From an uncultured Alphaproteobacteria bacterium (GTDB taxonomy: Bacteria > Pseudomonadota > Alphaproteobacteria > Rhizobiales > Xanthobacteraceae), in contig CAVOMM010000008.1 in assembly GCA_963697025.1 (NCBI GenBank), forward strand, positions 263,741 to 327,740: a stretch of 64,000 nt of DNA, written 5' to 3'. Position numbers and translations under genes: made by a program. This document shows, piece by piece, positions 9,152 to 19,740 of this stretch; the first letter of the stretch is position 1, and each line of letters begins with the position of its first letter. The notes beneath the pieces are model-generated. The model did not search any database. It was not told the DNA's origin and saw only the letters and a list, made by a program, of their open reading frames with translations.

Positions 9152-9772
9152 GTGACCGGCGCGGAGCCTATCGTGGGACTTGCGGAAGAAATCCTTGGTC
9201 TTGTTATCTTTCTCGGCGCGCATGTCTTTGTGACGATGCGCGACCGGCGAGCCGCGCTGGTCGCCCGGATCGGCGAATGGCCCTATCGCGGCCTGTTCTC
9301 GGTGGTCGCCATCGTCGGCATTCTGCTTACCGCCTACGGTTTCGCCGATTATCGCGCGGTCGGCATGATTTACCTGTGGTATCCGCCGACCTGGACGCGT
9401 CACATCGTCGTGGTGCTGATGTGGCCGGCGAGCATCATGGTGGCCGCCGCTTACATCCCCGGCAATATCAAGCGCGTGCTCAAGCATCCGATGCTGGCCG
9501 GGGTCAAAACCTGGGCTTTTGCGCATCTGTGCGCCAATGGCGATCTCGGCGGGATCATCCTGTTCGGAGCGGTGCTGGCCTGGGCGGTGTACGACCGCAT
9601 CACGCTGAAACGTCGCGCCGACCCGGGTGCCCCGCCAATTCCGGTGGGCGGCACCAAAAACGATATCATCGCCATCGTCGTCGGTACCATCATCTATCTG
9701 GCGCTCGGTTTCGTATTCCATCCGATCGTGGTCGGCGTGCCGGCGTTCGGCACGCCGGCGCTCGGGCATTGA
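9152..9772 (+). CDS. NnrU family membrane protein
   Basis: Multi-TM protein with the NnrU pattern (FLGAHVF...[19 protein letters not shown]...[21 protein letters not shown]). The start may be GTG 9173. Confidence 0.75.
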   Translation: MTGAEPIVGLAEEILGLVIFLGAHVFVTMRDRRAALVARIGEWPYRGLFSVVAIVGILLTAYGFADYRAVGMIYLWYPPTWTRHIVVVLMWPASIMVAAAYIPGNIKRVLKHPMLAGVKTWAFAHLCANGDLGGIILFGAVLAWAVYDRITLKRRADPGAPPIPVGGTKNDIIAIVVGTIIYLALGFVFHPIVVGVPAFGTPALGH

Positions 9773-9774
9773 CC

Positions 9775-10653
9775 ATGTCGGTGCAGGAGCAAATCCGGCG
9801 GCTGACGGCGCCCGACATTCGCGCCCGCAAGGGCGGCGAACCGATCGTTTGTCTGACCTCCTATCACGCCCACACCGCGCGCCTCGTCGACGCTTATTGC
9901 GACGTCATTCTGGTCGGCGACTCGCTCGGCATGGTGATGCACGGGCTCGAAACCACGATTCCGGTCACCCTCGACATGATGATCCTGCAGGGGCACGCGG
10001 TGATGCGCGGCTCCAAGCGTGCGCTGGTCGTCGTCGACATGCCGTTCGGCTCCTACGAAGCTTCCAAGGAACAGGCTTTCGCTTCGGCGGCCCTGGTGAT
10101 GAAGGAGACCGGCTGCGGCGCCATCAAGATCGAAGGCGGCCGCCGCATGGCGGAGACCATCGCCTTTCTGGCCGAACGGGGCGTGCCGGTGATGGGCCAT
10201 GTCGGGCTGACGCCGCAGGCGATCAACACCATCGGCTCGTTCCGCGCGCAAGGGCGCGACGAAAGCGATTGGGCGCCGATCGAAGCGGACGCGCGCGCGG
10301 TCGCCGATGCGGGTGCCTTTGCCGTCGTCCTTGAAGCGATCGCCGAGCCGCTCGGGCGGCGCATCACGGCGCAAATTGCAATCCCGACCATCGGCATCGG
10401 CGCCAGCGTCGCCTGCGACGGCCAAATCCTGGTGCTGGAAGACATGCTCGGACTGTCACCGCGGGTGCCGAAATTCGTCAAACGCTTCGGCGAGCTCGGC
10501 CCATCGATCGAGCAGGCGATCAAGAGCTATGCGCAGGAAGTCCGGGACCGCACTTTCCCGGGGCCGGATCACGTCTATCCGATGCGCAAACGCGGCGCCG
10601 AAGCGGCCGTGACCAAGCTCCCCGAGCGCGGTAAGGGCCCGTCCAGGGCTTGA
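9775..10653 (+). CDS. panB: 3-methyl-2-oxobutanoate hydroxymethyltransferase
   Basis: [34 protein letters not shown]...[10 protein letters not shown]...IKIEGG...[11 protein letters not shown] 9775; the longer track ORF from 9277 overlaps nnrU. Confidence 0.95.
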   Translation: MSVQEQIRRLTAPDIRARKGGEPIVCLTSYHAHTARLVDAYCDVILVGDSLGMVMHGLETTIPVTLDMMILQGHAVMRGSKRALVVVDMPFGSYEASKEQAFASAALVMKETGCGAIKIEGGRRMAETIAFLAERGVPVMGHVGLTPQAINTIGSFRAQGRDESDWAPIEADARAVADAGAFAVVLEAIAEPLGRRITAQIAIPTIGIGASVACDGQILVLEDMLGLSPRVPKFVKRFGELGPSIEQAIKSYAQEVRDRTFPGPDHVYPMRKRGAEAAVTKLPERGKGPSRA

Positions 10654-10938
10654 GCCTCGAAATGCCAATAAACCATATGGATTGGCCGCAGGCCTGCCGC
10701 GGGTTTTGCCTTGCTCGCGCCATATCATTACACTAGTTGCGGCAAGGCTTTACGGGTGTTCCAAGGGTTTTACGGGCGCTCAACGGCGCGAACGGCGGGT
10801 ATTTCCGATTTCATCGATGTCCGCGTATTAAGCGGGGCCTGTCCATAGGGTAGGGCCGGCACGGCTTTTCCGAGCCGAAATTTTCCGGGCGAATGAGCGG
10901 GGCCGCGGGGGCTTGAGATTGGGTTGGGGACGAGTGGC

Positions 10939-11592
10939 GTGACCGACATATTCAATGAAGTCGACGAAGAAGTCCGACGCGAACAGCTCAAGAAGCTGTG
11001 GGAGCGTTACGGGATTTACCTCATCGCGCTGTGCGTTCTCATCGTCGTGGGCGTCGGCGCCTGGCGCGGCTATGAGTGGTGGCAAGGCAAGCAGGCGGCG
11101 CAATCCGGCGCCGCGTTCGAGCAGGCGGTCGCGCTGGCGCAGGCCGGCAAGCATCAGGAAGCCGAAGCCGCCTTCGCCAAGCTCGCCAGCGACGGCACTG
11201 CCGGCTATCGCGTGCTGGCGCGATTGCGTGAGGCCGCCGAACTGGCGCCGACCGACCGCAAGGCCGCCGTCAAGGCATATGACGAGATCGCCGCCGACAA
11301 CAATGCGGGACAGGTCATCCAGGATTTGGCGACGGTGCGCGCCGGTTATCTTCTCGTCGACACGGCGCCTTATTCGGAGCTCCTGGCCCGGCTTGAGCCG
11401 GTGACCGCGAGCGAGCGGACGTTCCGTCATACCGCGCGGGAGATTTTGGCCCTGTCGGCTTGGAAGGCCGGCGACATGACTGCGGCGCGAAAGTGGACCG
11501 ACATGATCATGGCCGATCCGCAGACGCCGGCCGGAACGCGCAGCCGCGCCGAAGTTTTGAACGAGCTCATCGCGGCGAGTAACAAGGGCTGA
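10939..11592 (+). CDS. YfgM-like TPR membrane protein (ancillary SecYEG translocon subunit family)
   Basis: N-terminus DIFNEVDEEVRREQLKKLWERYG followed by one TM segment and an Ala-rich TPR-like domain. Conserved position upstream of der. Confidence 0.6.
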   Translation: MTDIFNEVDEEVRREQLKKLWERYGIYLIALCVLIVVGVGAWRGYEWWQGKQAAQSGAAFEQAVALAQAGKHQEAEAAFAKLASDGTAGYRVLARLREAAELAPTDRKAAVKAYDEIAADNNAGQVIQDLATVRAGYLLVDTAPYSELLARLEPVTASERTFRHTAREILALSAWKAGDMTAARKWTDMIMADPQTPAGTRSRAEVLNELIAASNKG

Positions 11593-11596
11593 ACGG

Positions 11597-12280
11597 ATGG
11601 CGTTCCGCTACCATTCCTCACTGTTCCGTGCCGCCTCGGCGCTCGCGTTCATGCTCGTCCTTGAGGGTTGCACTCCGGGAGGCCAATTCGACCCGACAGC
11701 GCTCCTCGATAACGACATGTTCGACGCCAAGACGAAGTTAAAGGGTCAGCGCGAGCCGCTATTTCCCAATGGCGTTCCCGGCACGACAACCGGCGTGCCG
11801 GCGGATCTGGTCAAGGGCTACCAACCGCCGCCCGATCAGACCGACGCGGATGCGGATGCGCAAACTGCGCCGGCTCCGGCGGCTGCGCCAAAGCCCGAGG
11901 AAAAACCGAAACCCAAGCCGAAAGTCGCAGTAGGACGGCCGCGCGCGCGAGCCGCGAAGGTCGAAAAGCCGCCGGCATCGGAGCCGACGCGGATCGACAT
12001 CGGTGCAAAAGGCGCTCCGCCGCAACAGCCCTCCGGCTCACCTTGGCCGAATTCGCCGCCGGCGGCCGCGCAGCAGGGCGGACAATTCGCCTGGCCGGCG
12101 CCGCCGGGCGCACCGGCCCAGCAGCCCGCGCAGCCGTCGCAATCGATCTGGCCAGCGCCGCCGTCAACCGCGCCGGCCCAGCCTGCAGCTGCGTCTTCAA
12201 CCGCACCGGCCGCGCAAACGGGGCCGTCATTCGATTCGATGTGGCCCAAGCCTCCGGCGAACGGCACGTCGACCCAATAG
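11597..12280 (+). CDS. Pro/Ala/Gln-rich lipoprotein, hypothetical
   Basis: Lipobox LVLEGC after a hydrophobic signal; the remainder is low complexity (PAPAAAPKPEEKPKPKPK, WPAPP repeats). Confidence 0.5.
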   Translation: MAFRYHSSLFRAASALAFMLVLEGCTPGGQFDPTALLDNDMFDAKTKLKGQREPLFPNGVPGTTTGVPADLVKGYQPPPDQTDADADAQTAPAPAAAPKPEEKPKPKPKVAVGRPRARAAKVEKPPASEPTRIDIGAKGAPPQQPSGSPWPNSPPAAAQQGGQFAWPAPPGAPAQQPAQPSQSIWPAPPSTAPAQPAAASSTAPAAQTGPSFDSMWPKPPANGTSTQ

Positions 12281-12414
12281 TGCGAAGCTTGGTGCGGCAG
12301 CGCCCGCTGTTGGCGGCATCCCATTAAGTGTAAGTGATCACCGCGAGCCGACCCGCCTCTGCCCTGCGGCCGGTCTTAAGATGATATACAGCGTCTCGTT
12401 GCAAAGCCCGGACC

Positions 12415-13782
12415 ATGTCCTTCACCGTCGCCATCGTCGGCCGGCCCAATGTCGGCAAATCGACGCTGTTCAATCGGCTGGTCGGCCGCCGTCTGGCGCT
12501 GGTCGACGATCAACCGGGCGTGACGCGTGACCGCCGGGAAGGCGAGGCGAAGCTCGGTGATCTGACCTTCAAGGCGATCGATACCGCAGGCCTCGAAGAC
12601 GCCGAGCGCGAAAGCCTGTCGGCGCGAATGCAGGCGCAGACGGCGGCGGCTATAACGCAGGCGGATGCCGTGCTTTTTCTTTTCGATGCGCGTGCCGGTG
12701 CAACGGCGGAGGATCGCGCCTTTGCTAATCTCGTGCGCAAGTCGGCCAAGCCCGCGATCCTGGTCGCCAATAAGAGTGAGGGCCGCGCCGGGGAGGCGGG
12801 CGCGCTCGAAGCCTATGCGCTCGGCCTCGGCGAACCGATCGCGATCAGCGCCGAACACGGCGAGGGTTTGTCCGACCTCTACGATGCATTGCGTGCCGCG
12901 TTGCCCGCGGCGACGGCGGAGCGCGAGCCCGACGATAGTGCCGTTGCGGCTTCGGAGCAGGCGCCGATCCGCATTGCCATCGTCGGACGGCCGAATACCG
13001 GCAAGTCGACGCTGATCAACCGTCTGCTCGGCGAGGATCGGCTGTTGACCGGACCCGAGGCCGGCATCACGCGCGATGCGATCGCCGTCGATCTTAATTG
13101 GCACGACCATCGTTTCCGCGTTCACGACACGGCCGGCTTGCGCCGCCGCTCCCGGATCGAAGAGAAGCTGGAAAAGCTCTCCGTCGCCGACGCGCTCAAT
13201 GCCATCCGCTTTGCCGAAGTGGTCATCGTGCTGATCGATGCGCAGGCGCCGTTCGAGGAGCAGGATATCCGCATCGCCGATCTGGTCGAGCGGGAAGGGC
13301 GCGCGGTCGTCATCGCGGTCAACAAATGGGACCTGATCGAATCGGAAACCGGCGCGCTGTCGCGACTGCGCGGCGCGGTGGATCGGATGCTGCCGCAGAT
13401 CAAAGGCGTCCCGGTCGTCGTTCTTTCGGCGAAGCAGGGAAAGGGCGTCGATCGGCTGATGGAAGCGGTCTTGACGGCGCATGAAGTGTGGAACCGCCGG
13501 GCGCCGACGGCGGCGCTCAACCGGTTTTTGGCGCAGGCGACCGCGGCAAACCCGCCGCCGGCGCTGCGCGGCCGGCGGTTGCGGCTCGACTACATGACCC
13601 AGCCGAAAGCGCGGCCGCCGACCTTTGTCTTGTTTTCATCGCGGCCCAACGCGTTGCCCGAGACTTACCGCCGCTATCTGATCAACGGTTTGCGCGAGCA
13701 GTTTGCGCTGCCGGGCACGCCGATCCGGCTCACCATGCGGGCCAAGGCCAATCCTTATGCCGGGAAGAAACGCCGCCGCTGA
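12415..13782 (+). CDS. der: Ribosome-associated GTPase Der (EngA)
   Basis: Two tandem GTPase domains ([14 protein letters not shown] and [14 protein letters not shown]) plus a KH-like C-terminus. Confidence 0.95.
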   Translation: MSFTVAIVGRPNVGKSTLFNRLVGRRLALVDDQPGVTRDRREGEAKLGDLTFKAIDTAGLEDAERESLSARMQAQTAAAITQADAVLFLFDARAGATAEDRAFANLVRKSAKPAILVANKSEGRAGEAGALEAYALGLGEPIAISAEHGEGLSDLYDALRAALPAATAEREPDDSAVAASEQAPIRIAIVGRPNTGKSTLINRLLGEDRLLTGPEAGITRDAIAVDLNWHDHRFRVHDTAGLRRRSRIEEKLEKLSVADALNAIRFAEVVIVLIDAQAPFEEQDIRIADLVEREGRAVVIAVNKWDLIESETGALSRLRGAVDRMLPQIKGVPVVVLSAKQGKGVDRLMEAVLTAHEVWNRRAPTAALNRFLAQATAANPPPALRGRRLRLDYMTQPKARPPTFVLFSSRPNALPETYRRYLINGLREQFALPGTPIRLTMRAKANPYAGKKRRR

Positions 13783-13793
13783 AGTCGGCTGCG

Positions 13794-14534
13794 TCATGCC
13801 GGTGGCGTGAAGTGCAGAAGCTTGCCGGCAGGGAAATCGTAAAGCTTGCCGGTCTCCGTAAAGCTCGGCAGGCACAGATCGACGATTTTCTCCGCGACTT
13901 GTTCGGGCGTCGGCAGCGTCATCGGATCTTCGCCGGGCATGACCAAGGCGCGCATCCGGGTGCGCGTCGGGCCCGGATTGAACAGATTGACGCGCACTGC
14001 AGTCGAGGTCGTTTCATCGGCATAAGTCCGCGCCAGCGCGTTGAGCGCCGCCTTCGATACCGAATAGGGTCCGGCATAGGCGCGCGCGTTGGTCGCGGCG
14101 CCGGAGGTAATGAACACGGCACGGCCGGCGGTCGAGCGTTTGAGCAGTGGGTTCATGGCGCGGATCAGGTGCCAATTGGCGGTGACATTGACCGCCATGG
14201 TCTCGTCCCAGTTCTGCGGCTCGACGTGATCGAGCGGCGAGCGCTGGCCGACGACCCCGGCATTGCCGACCAGCACATCGAGCCGCTGATAGCGTTCGTT
14301 GAGCGAGGCGGCGAGCCGATAGAGGCCCGGATAATCGCGCATGTCGAGCGGCACCAGCGTCGCCGTACTGCCGGCCGCTTGTACCGCGTCGTCGATCTCT
14401 TCGAGCGCGCCTTGCGTGCGTCCGACCGCGACAACGTGGGCGCCCGCTCGCGCGAGCAACAGCGCCGTTGCGCGGCCAATGCCTCGCGTGGCGCCGGTGA
14501 CGAGCGCGATACGGTCAGCAAGTGGCTGCGTCAT
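13794..14534 (-). CDS. SDR-family oxidoreductase
   Basis: TGATRGIG Rossmann motif, NAG, and the catalytic YSVSK motif. Confidence 0.9.
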   Translation of the reverse strand: MTQPLADRIALVTGATRGIGRATALLLARAGAHVVAVGRTQGALEEIDDAVQAAGSTATLVPLDMRDYPGLYRLAASLNERYQRLDVLVGNAGVVGQRSPLDHVEPQNWDETMAVNVTANWHLIRAMNPLLKRSTAGRAVFITSGAATNARAYAGPYSVSKAALNALARTYADETTSTAVRVNLFNPGPTRTRMRALVMPGEDPMTLPTPEQVAEKIVDLCLPSFTETGKLYDFPAGKLLHFTPPA

Positions 14535-14537
14535 TCC

Positions 14538-16001
14538 TCAGCTCGCCTCGGCGAGCAGCGAGAGCTGGCGCGGCGTCGCGTCTTGCGCGGCCCGGTCGGT
14601 GAGCGCGGTCGGGTATTCGCCGGTGAAGCAATGGTCGGTGAACTGCGGCCGGGCCGGATCGCGGCCTTTTTCGCCCATGGCGCGATAGATGCCGTCGACC
14701 GAAAGGAAGGCGAGCAAATCCGCGCCGATGAATTTGCGCATGGCTTCGAGATCGTGCGTGGCGGCAAGGAGCTTGTCCTGCTCCGGCGTATCGATGCCGT
14801 AGTAATCCGGGTGCGTGATCGGCGGCGAGGCGATGCGGAAATGCACTTCGCGGGCGCCGGCCTCGCGCATCATCTGCACGATCTTCACCGACGTCGTACC
14901 GCGCACGATCAAATCGTCGATCAACACGATGCGCTTGCCGCTCACCACGGCGCGGTTGGCGCTGTGCTTGAGCCGCACGCCGAGCTGGCGAATGTGCTGG
15001 GTCGGCTCGATGAAGGTGCGGCCGACATAATGATTGCGGATGATGCCGAGCTCGTAGGGGATGCCCAATTCCTGGGCATAGCCGATTGCCGCCGGCACCC
15101 CGGAATCGGGCACCGGCACCACCACGTCGGCGGCGGCGGGCAATTCGCGGGCAAGCTCCGCGCCGCAGGTCTTGCGCACGTTATAAACGCTGCGGCCGCC
15201 GATCACCGAGTCGGGGCGCGAGAAATAAATGTATTCAAAGATGCAGGGCCGCGGCGGCATCGCCGGGAACGGCTTGTGCGAATGCGCACCTTCCTCGTCG
15301 AAGATGAGAACTTCGCCGTTCTCCACGTCGCGCACATATTGCGCGCCGATGATATCGAGCGCGCAGGTCTCCGAGGCGAGGATCGGGCAGCCGTCAAGCT
15401 TGCCGAGCACCAGCGGCCGGATGCCGAGTGGATCGCGCGCGCCGACGAGCTTCTTATTGGTGAGGCCGACGAAGGCGTAAGAGCCTTCGAGCATGCGCAG
15501 GCCTTCGATGAAACGGTCGACGAAGCGGTTGCGGTGCGAGCGCGCCACCAGATGCAGGATCACCTCGGTGTCGGTGGTCGATTGCATCATGGCGCCTTCG
15601 CGCACCAACTGGCGGCGCAGCGTCAGGCCGTTGGTGAGATTGCCGTTGTGGCCGACGGCAAAACCGCCGGCGTTGAGCTCGGCGAACAACGGCTGCACAT
15701 TGCGCAAGATGGTTTCGCCGGTCGTCGAATAGCGCACATGGCCGACCGCGGCATTGCCGGGCAGGCGATCGATCACCTCGCGCCGGGAGAAGGCGTCGCC
15801 GACCAGGCCGAGACGGCGTTCGGAGTGAAAGCGCTTGCCGTCGAACGAGACGATGCCGGCGGCTTCCTGGCCGCGATGCTGGAGCGCATGCAGGCCGAGC
15901 GCGGTAATCGCGGCCGCGTCGGGATGGCCGAAGATTCCGAATACTCCGCATTCTTCGCGGAGCCGGTCCGCGTCAAGATCGAGGAGATCGGGTTCGGTCA
16001 T
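14538..16001 (-). CDS. purF: Amidophosphoribosyltransferase
   Basis: Start MTEPDLLDLDADRLREECGVFGIFGH (N-terminal nucleophile Cys), with a PRT domain further on. The track start at 16181 is over-extended into cvpA. Confidence 0.95.
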   Translation of the reverse strand: MTEPDLLDLDADRLREECGVFGIFGHPDAAAITALGLHALQHRGQEAAGIVSFDGKRFHSERRLGLVGDAFSRREVIDRLPGNAAVGHVRYSTTGETILRNVQPLFAELNAGGFAVGHNGNLTNGLTLRRQLVREGAMMQSTTDTEVILHLVARSHRNRFVDRFIEGLRMLEGSYAFVGLTNKKLVGARDPLGIRPLVLGKLDGCPILASETCALDIIGAQYVRDVENGEVLIFDEEGAHSHKPFPAMPPRPCIFEYIYFSRPDSVIGGRSVYNVRKTCGAELARELPAAADVVVPVPDSGVPAAIGYAQELGIPYELGIIRNHYVGRTFIEPTQHIRQLGVRLKHSANRAVVSGKRIVLIDDLIVRGTTSVKIVQMMREAGAREVHFRIASPPITHPDYYGIDTPEQDKLLAATHDLEAMRKFIGADLLAFLSVDGIYRAMGEKGRDPARPQFTDHCFTGEYPTALTDRAAQDATPRQLSLLAEAS

Positions 16002-16582
16002 GAGGGCCTGGCCTCCAGCCTGTCCAGCTCGCTGTGCTGCTGATCCGGGGTCTCGGTATCTTCCGGGTGCGGCTTCTTCAGCTTGTTTAAAATGGTGCTT
16101 TCCGGGTCCTCCGGCAACATCGAGATCAGCCATTGCCCGGTGCCGGCCAGCACGACGCGCGATTTGGCGCTCCTGACCCATTCCGGCTGGCTGCGGTCGG
16201 GAACCAGCCAGGTGAAGAACTGAAAGGCGACAACCACGATAATCAGCCCGCGGCCGAGCCCAAACAGGAAACCAAGCGTGCGGTCGAGGGCGCCGACGCG
16301 GCTGTCGAGCACCATATCGGAGACTTTTATGGTTAACACCGAGACCACCAAGAGGGTGATCAGAAATACGCCACCGACCACAGCGACCGCGGCGACGATG
16401 TCACTGTTGAAGTACTCTTTGGCGTAAGGGACCAGTTTCCCATACGAGTAGAGGGTCGCAGCGGCGGCCAGAATCCAGGCGGTGATGGAGAGCACCTCCC
16501 GCATAAAGCCGCGCACCATGGCGAGCAGCCCGGAAATCAGCATGACGACGATCAATACGATATCGAGCAGCGTAATCGGCAT
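15998..16582 (-). CDS. cvpA: CvpA family membrane protein
   Basis: MPITLLDIVLIVVMLISGLLAMVRGFMREVLS..., four TM segments. ATGA overlap with purF, the classic cvpA-purF pair. Confidence 0.85.
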   Translation of the reverse strand: MPITLLDIVLIVVMLISGLLAMVRGFMREVLSITAWILAAAATLYSYGKLVPYAKEYFNSDIVAAVAVVGGVFLITLLVVSVLTIKVSDMVLDSRVGALDRTLGFLFGLGRGLIIVVVAFQFFTWLVPDRSQPEWVRSAKSRVVLAGTGQWLISMLPEDPESTILNKLKKPHPEDTETPDQQHSELDRLEARPS

Positions 16583-16767
16583 TGGTTACCAGTCCGCTCG
16601 CCAGTGCGCCGCGCTCGCCCCGCCCAGCTCCGCCGGCTGTATAGCCGGGCTCCGGCACGCCGTCACCCGTCTTCTCGGACGCTCAACAGGATCGGTGGAG
16701 TCCAGGCCCTGACGCCAAACTGCGAGGCTAAAACGTTAAGACGCTCGTGCCCGACAAGCAGGCACCG

Positions 16768-18165
16768 TTATGCATCCTGGCGCCCCACGCGTCGCAGAGG
16801 AGGCGTCCCGTCGCGGGCGATATCGGCGACCAGGTTGGCCAGCATGCCGATGGCCGACAGCGCAAAGCCGTCGGGAGCTTCGTTGTTTGCGGCCTCAGGC
16901 AGGATGGCCTTGGTGAAACCGAGTTTCTGCGCCTCCTTGAGCCGGGCCGCGGTTTGCGCCACCGGGCGCACCGCGCCGGACAGCGACACTTCGCCGAAAT
17001 AGACGGCATCGGCCGGAAGCGGGGCCCGCGTCAGCGAAGATACCAGCGCCGCAGCCGCGGCAACGTCAGCTGCCGGCTCCTGGACGCGCAGGCCGCCCGC
17101 CACATTGAGATAAACGTCATGGCCCGACAGCCGGACGCCGCAATGGGCCTCGAGCACCGCCAGCACCATCGACAGCCGACTCGGATCCCAGCCGACGACG
17201 GCGCGCCGCGGGGTGCCGAGCGCCGTCGGGGCGACCAGGGCCTGGATTTCAACCAAAAGGGGCCGCGTCCCCTCGACCCCGGCGAAGACAGCGGTGCCGG
17301 GGCTGCCGAGATCGCGCTCGGACAGGAACAGTTCGGAAGGGTTTGCGACCTCGCGCAGGCCCGCGCCGGTCATCTCAAATACGCCGATCTCGTCGGTCGG
17401 CCCGAACCGGTTCTTGATGGCGCGCAGAATGCGGAATTGCTGCGAGCCTTCGCCTTCGAAGGACAAGACGGCATCGACCATATGCTCGACCACGCGCGGG
17501 CCGGCGATCTGGCCGTCCTTGGTGACATGACCGACCAGGATGACGGCCGCGCCGGTGCGCTTGGCAAAACGAATGAGCTCCGCGGCCGAGCCGCGCACCT
17601 GGGTCACGGTACCCGGCGCCGCTTCGAGGGCTTGCGTCCACATGGTCTGGATCGAATCGATGACGAGAAGCCGGGGCGTGACGCCTTGCGACAGCGTCGC
17701 CACGATGTCCTCGACCGAGGTTTCGGCCGCGACCTCCACCATCGCGTCGGCGAGCCCAAGCCGGTCGGCGCGCAGCCTGACCTGCGCCACCGCTTCTTCG
17801 CCCGAGATATAAACGGCACGGTGACGGCCACGTGCGAAGGCGGCTGCCACTTCAAGCAACAGCGTCGATTTGCCGATGCCGGGATCGCCGCCAAGGAGCA
17901 GCACCGAACCTCGCACCAAGCCACCGCCGGTGACGCGATCGAACTCGGCGATGCCGGAGGCAAGCCGCGGCGCATCGTGCGACTCACCCTTCAGCGCTTC
18001 GACGGCGAACAGCCGTCCCTTACGGGCAGAACGCCGCGGCCCCTCGGCGCCTTCCTCGACCAGCGTGTTCCATTCGCCACAGGCTTCGCATTTCCCGGCC
18101 CAGCGCGAATAGGCCGCGCCGCAATTCTGGCAGATGAAGTGTTGCGCCCGCGCCGCCATCTTCAC
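16768..18165 (-). CDS. radA: DNA repair protein RadA
   Basis: Zinc ribbon CQNCGAAYSRWAGKCEACGEWN, Walker A GDPGIGKST, and a Lon-like C-terminal domain. Confidence 0.95.
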   Translation of the reverse strand: MKMAARAQHFICQNCGAAYSRWAGKCEACGEWNTLVEEGAEGPRRSARKGRLFAVEALKGESHDAPRLASGIAEFDRVTGGGLVRGSVLLLGGDPGIGKSTLLLEVAAAFARGRHRAVYISGEEAVAQVRLRADRLGLADAMVEVAAETSVEDIVATLSQGVTPRLLVIDSIQTMWTQALEAAPGTVTQVRGSAAELIRFAKRTGAAVILVGHVTKDGQIAGPRVVEHMVDAVLSFEGEGSQQFRILRAIKNRFGPTDEIGVFEMTGAGLREVANPSELFLSERDLGSPGTAVFAGVEGTRPLLVEIQALVAPTALGTPRRAVVGWDPSRLSMVLAVLEAHCGVRLSGHDVYLNVAGGLRVQEPAADVAAAAALVSSLTRAPLPADAVYFGEVSLSGAVRPVAQTAARLKEAQKLGFTKAILPEAANNEAPDGFALSAIGMLANLVADIARDGTPPLRRVGRQDA

Positions 18166-19322
18166 GTTCCGCGATAGACGAGATGAGAGCGCGAGCCGAG
18201 ACGGGTGAGAATCTCGTAGCCGATCGTGCCGGCGGCTGCGGCGACCTCGTCAACGGCGATGTCCGCCCCGATCAGCGTGGCGAGATCGCCGCGATGGACC
18301 GCGCCGTCGGGAAGATCGGTCACGTCGATGCAGACCAGGTCCATGGAAATGCGGCCGATGATCGGACAGCGCTTGCCGGCGACGATGGCGGCGCCGCCGG
18401 GCCGGTCGTCGGTGCCACTGCCGGCCCGCAGCAGGCCGTCGGCATAGCCAAGCGCCACGATGGCAACCCGCGTGGTGCGTTTTGCCGTCCAGGTGGCGTC
18501 ATAGCCGATCGTCTCGTCGCGCGCGACGCTGCGCAATTGCAGAATGCGGCCGGACAATTCGACGACGCTCTGCATCGGATTGGGCCGGCCCGGAGTTGGA
18601 TTGACGCCGTAGAGCGCGGCGCCAGGCCGCGCCAGATCGAAATGCGCCGAATCGGCAAGGAAAATGCCGGAAGAATTGACGAGCGAAGCGGGCACGCTCG
18701 GGTACAGTCGATGCAACTCGCGAAACAGCCGGATCTGCTTGGCATTGAGCGGATGGTCGGGAATCTCGGCGCAAGCAAGATGGCTCAGCAAGAGCGCGAT
18801 GCCGTGATTTTCGGTCTGCGCGCGCGGGGCGAGCGCCGCCGCCTCGTCCGGCGAAATGCCAAGCCGGTTCATGCCGGTGTCGACCTGCAGCGCGGCGCCG
18901 CCCTGCCAGCCATGGGCGCCGACGAAGGCGTCCCATTCCGCAAGCTCGGTTGTCGAGTTGATCACCGGCCGCGCATTGATCTCGACAAATCCATCGCCCC
19001 AATCGGGCGTAAAGCCGTCGAGCACGTAGATGGTGGCGTCGCGTGCGCGTGAGCGCACGGTTCGCGCTTCCGCAAGATCGGCGACGAAGAAGGTCTGGCA
19101 GCCGGCTTTCGCCAGTGCGGTCGTGACCTGCGACAATCCCAGCCCATAGCCATTGGCTTTGATCACCGCGCCGCATTCGACGGTAAGGAGCCGGTGCGCC
19201 AGCGCGCGCCAATTTGCTTGGATTGCGGCGAGATCGACCGTCAGCGTGCCGCCGGTCTCCGGCGCCGCCGAAGCAGAGTCCGCGGGGGAAAGCCGTTTTG
19301 CGCGTGCCAAGGCCGCCTCCAT
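18162..19322 (-). CDS. alr: Alanine racemase
   Basis: PLP-lysine region AVIKANGYGLG and the C-terminal barrel motifs. ATG 19322 preferred over the track start at 19415. 4-nt overlap with radA. Confidence 0.9.
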   Translation of the reverse strand: MEAALARAKRLSPADSASAAPETGGTLTVDLAAIQANWRALAHRLLTVECGAVIKANGYGLGLSQVTTALAKAGCQTFFVADLAEARTVRSRARDATIYVLDGFTPDWGDGFVEINARPVINSTTELAEWDAFVGAHGWQGGAALQVDTGMNRLGISPDEAAALAPRAQTENHGIALLLSHLACAEIPDHPLNAKQIRLFRELHRLYPSVPASLVNSSGIFLADSAHFDLARPGAALYGVNPTPGRPNPMQSVVELSGRILQLRSVARDETIGYDATWTAKRTTRVAIVALGYADGLLRAGSGTDDRPGGAAIVAGKRCPIIGRISMDLVCIDVTDLPDGAVHRGDLATLIGADIAVDEVAAAAGTIGYEILTRLGSRSHLVYRGT

Positions 19323-19416
19323 GGACGCGTTATGACCGGCACAGCGGCGGCGGTAAAGCGGCAGATTTACCCTGGATAAGCCGCGGGATAAGTCGCGGAA
19401 ATTGTTTAATCTCATG

Positions 19417-19453
19417 CGTTATACGCTTGACGTATAACGATCGGGAATATATT
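19417..19453 (+). promoter_or_regulatory. Putative higBA promoter/operator: 9-bp inverted repeat CGTTATACG-N5-CGTATAACG overlapping TTGACG (-35) with TATATT (-10) downstream
   Basis: Perfect palindrome arms at 19417-19425 and 19431-19439. TTGACG at 19427-19432 and TATATT at 19448-19453 (15-nt spacer), 9 nt upstream of the higB ATG. Confidence 0.45.
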
Positions 19454-19461
19454 GTCGTTTT

Positions 19462-19740
19462 ATGATCCGATCGTTTCGCGATCGCGCCACGGAATCCGTT
19501 TGGATGGGCGTTTTCGTGAAGCGGTTCGGCGGCATCGAGCAGCAAGCTTTACGGAAGCTCGACATGCTGCATCACGCGCGGGACCTGAACGATCTTCGCG
19601 TGCCGCCAGCAAATCGTCTCGAAGCGCTTGTCGGAAATCGGCGAGGGCAGCATTCAATACGAATCAATGATCAATGGCGCATATGCTTCACCTGGACCAA
19701 GGAGGGCCCGGCAAATGTCGAGATCGTCGACTATCACTAA
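19462..19740 (+). CDS. higB: HigB-type toxin (plasmid maintenance system killer protein, RelE/ParE superfamily)
   Basis: MIRSFRDRATESVW...LRKLDMLHHARDLNDLRVPPANRLEAL.GNRRGQHSIRINDQWRICF.W......VEIVDYH, the canonical HigB pattern. 92 aa. Confidence 0.85.
   Translation: MIRSFRDRATESVWMGVFVKRFGGIEQQALRKLDMLHHARDLNDLRVPPANRLEALVGNRRGQHSIRINDQWRICFTWTKEGPANVEIVDYH

Noticed and set aside
9277-9774. The 166-codon N-terminal extension of the panB ORF
   Set aside because: It overlaps the NnrU gene in another frame and is Arg/Gly-rich. PanB homology begins at ATG 9775.
13488-16043. 851-aa plus-strand ORF
   Set aside because: It is antisense to the well-supported SDR and purF genes. It is Arg/Ala/Gly-rich low complexity, typical of shadow ORFs in high-GC DNA.
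12376-18177. ORFs 12376-13482 (-) and 16747-18177 (+)
   Set aside because: They are antisense to der and radA respectively, with no motifs and biased Arg/Gly/Asp composition.
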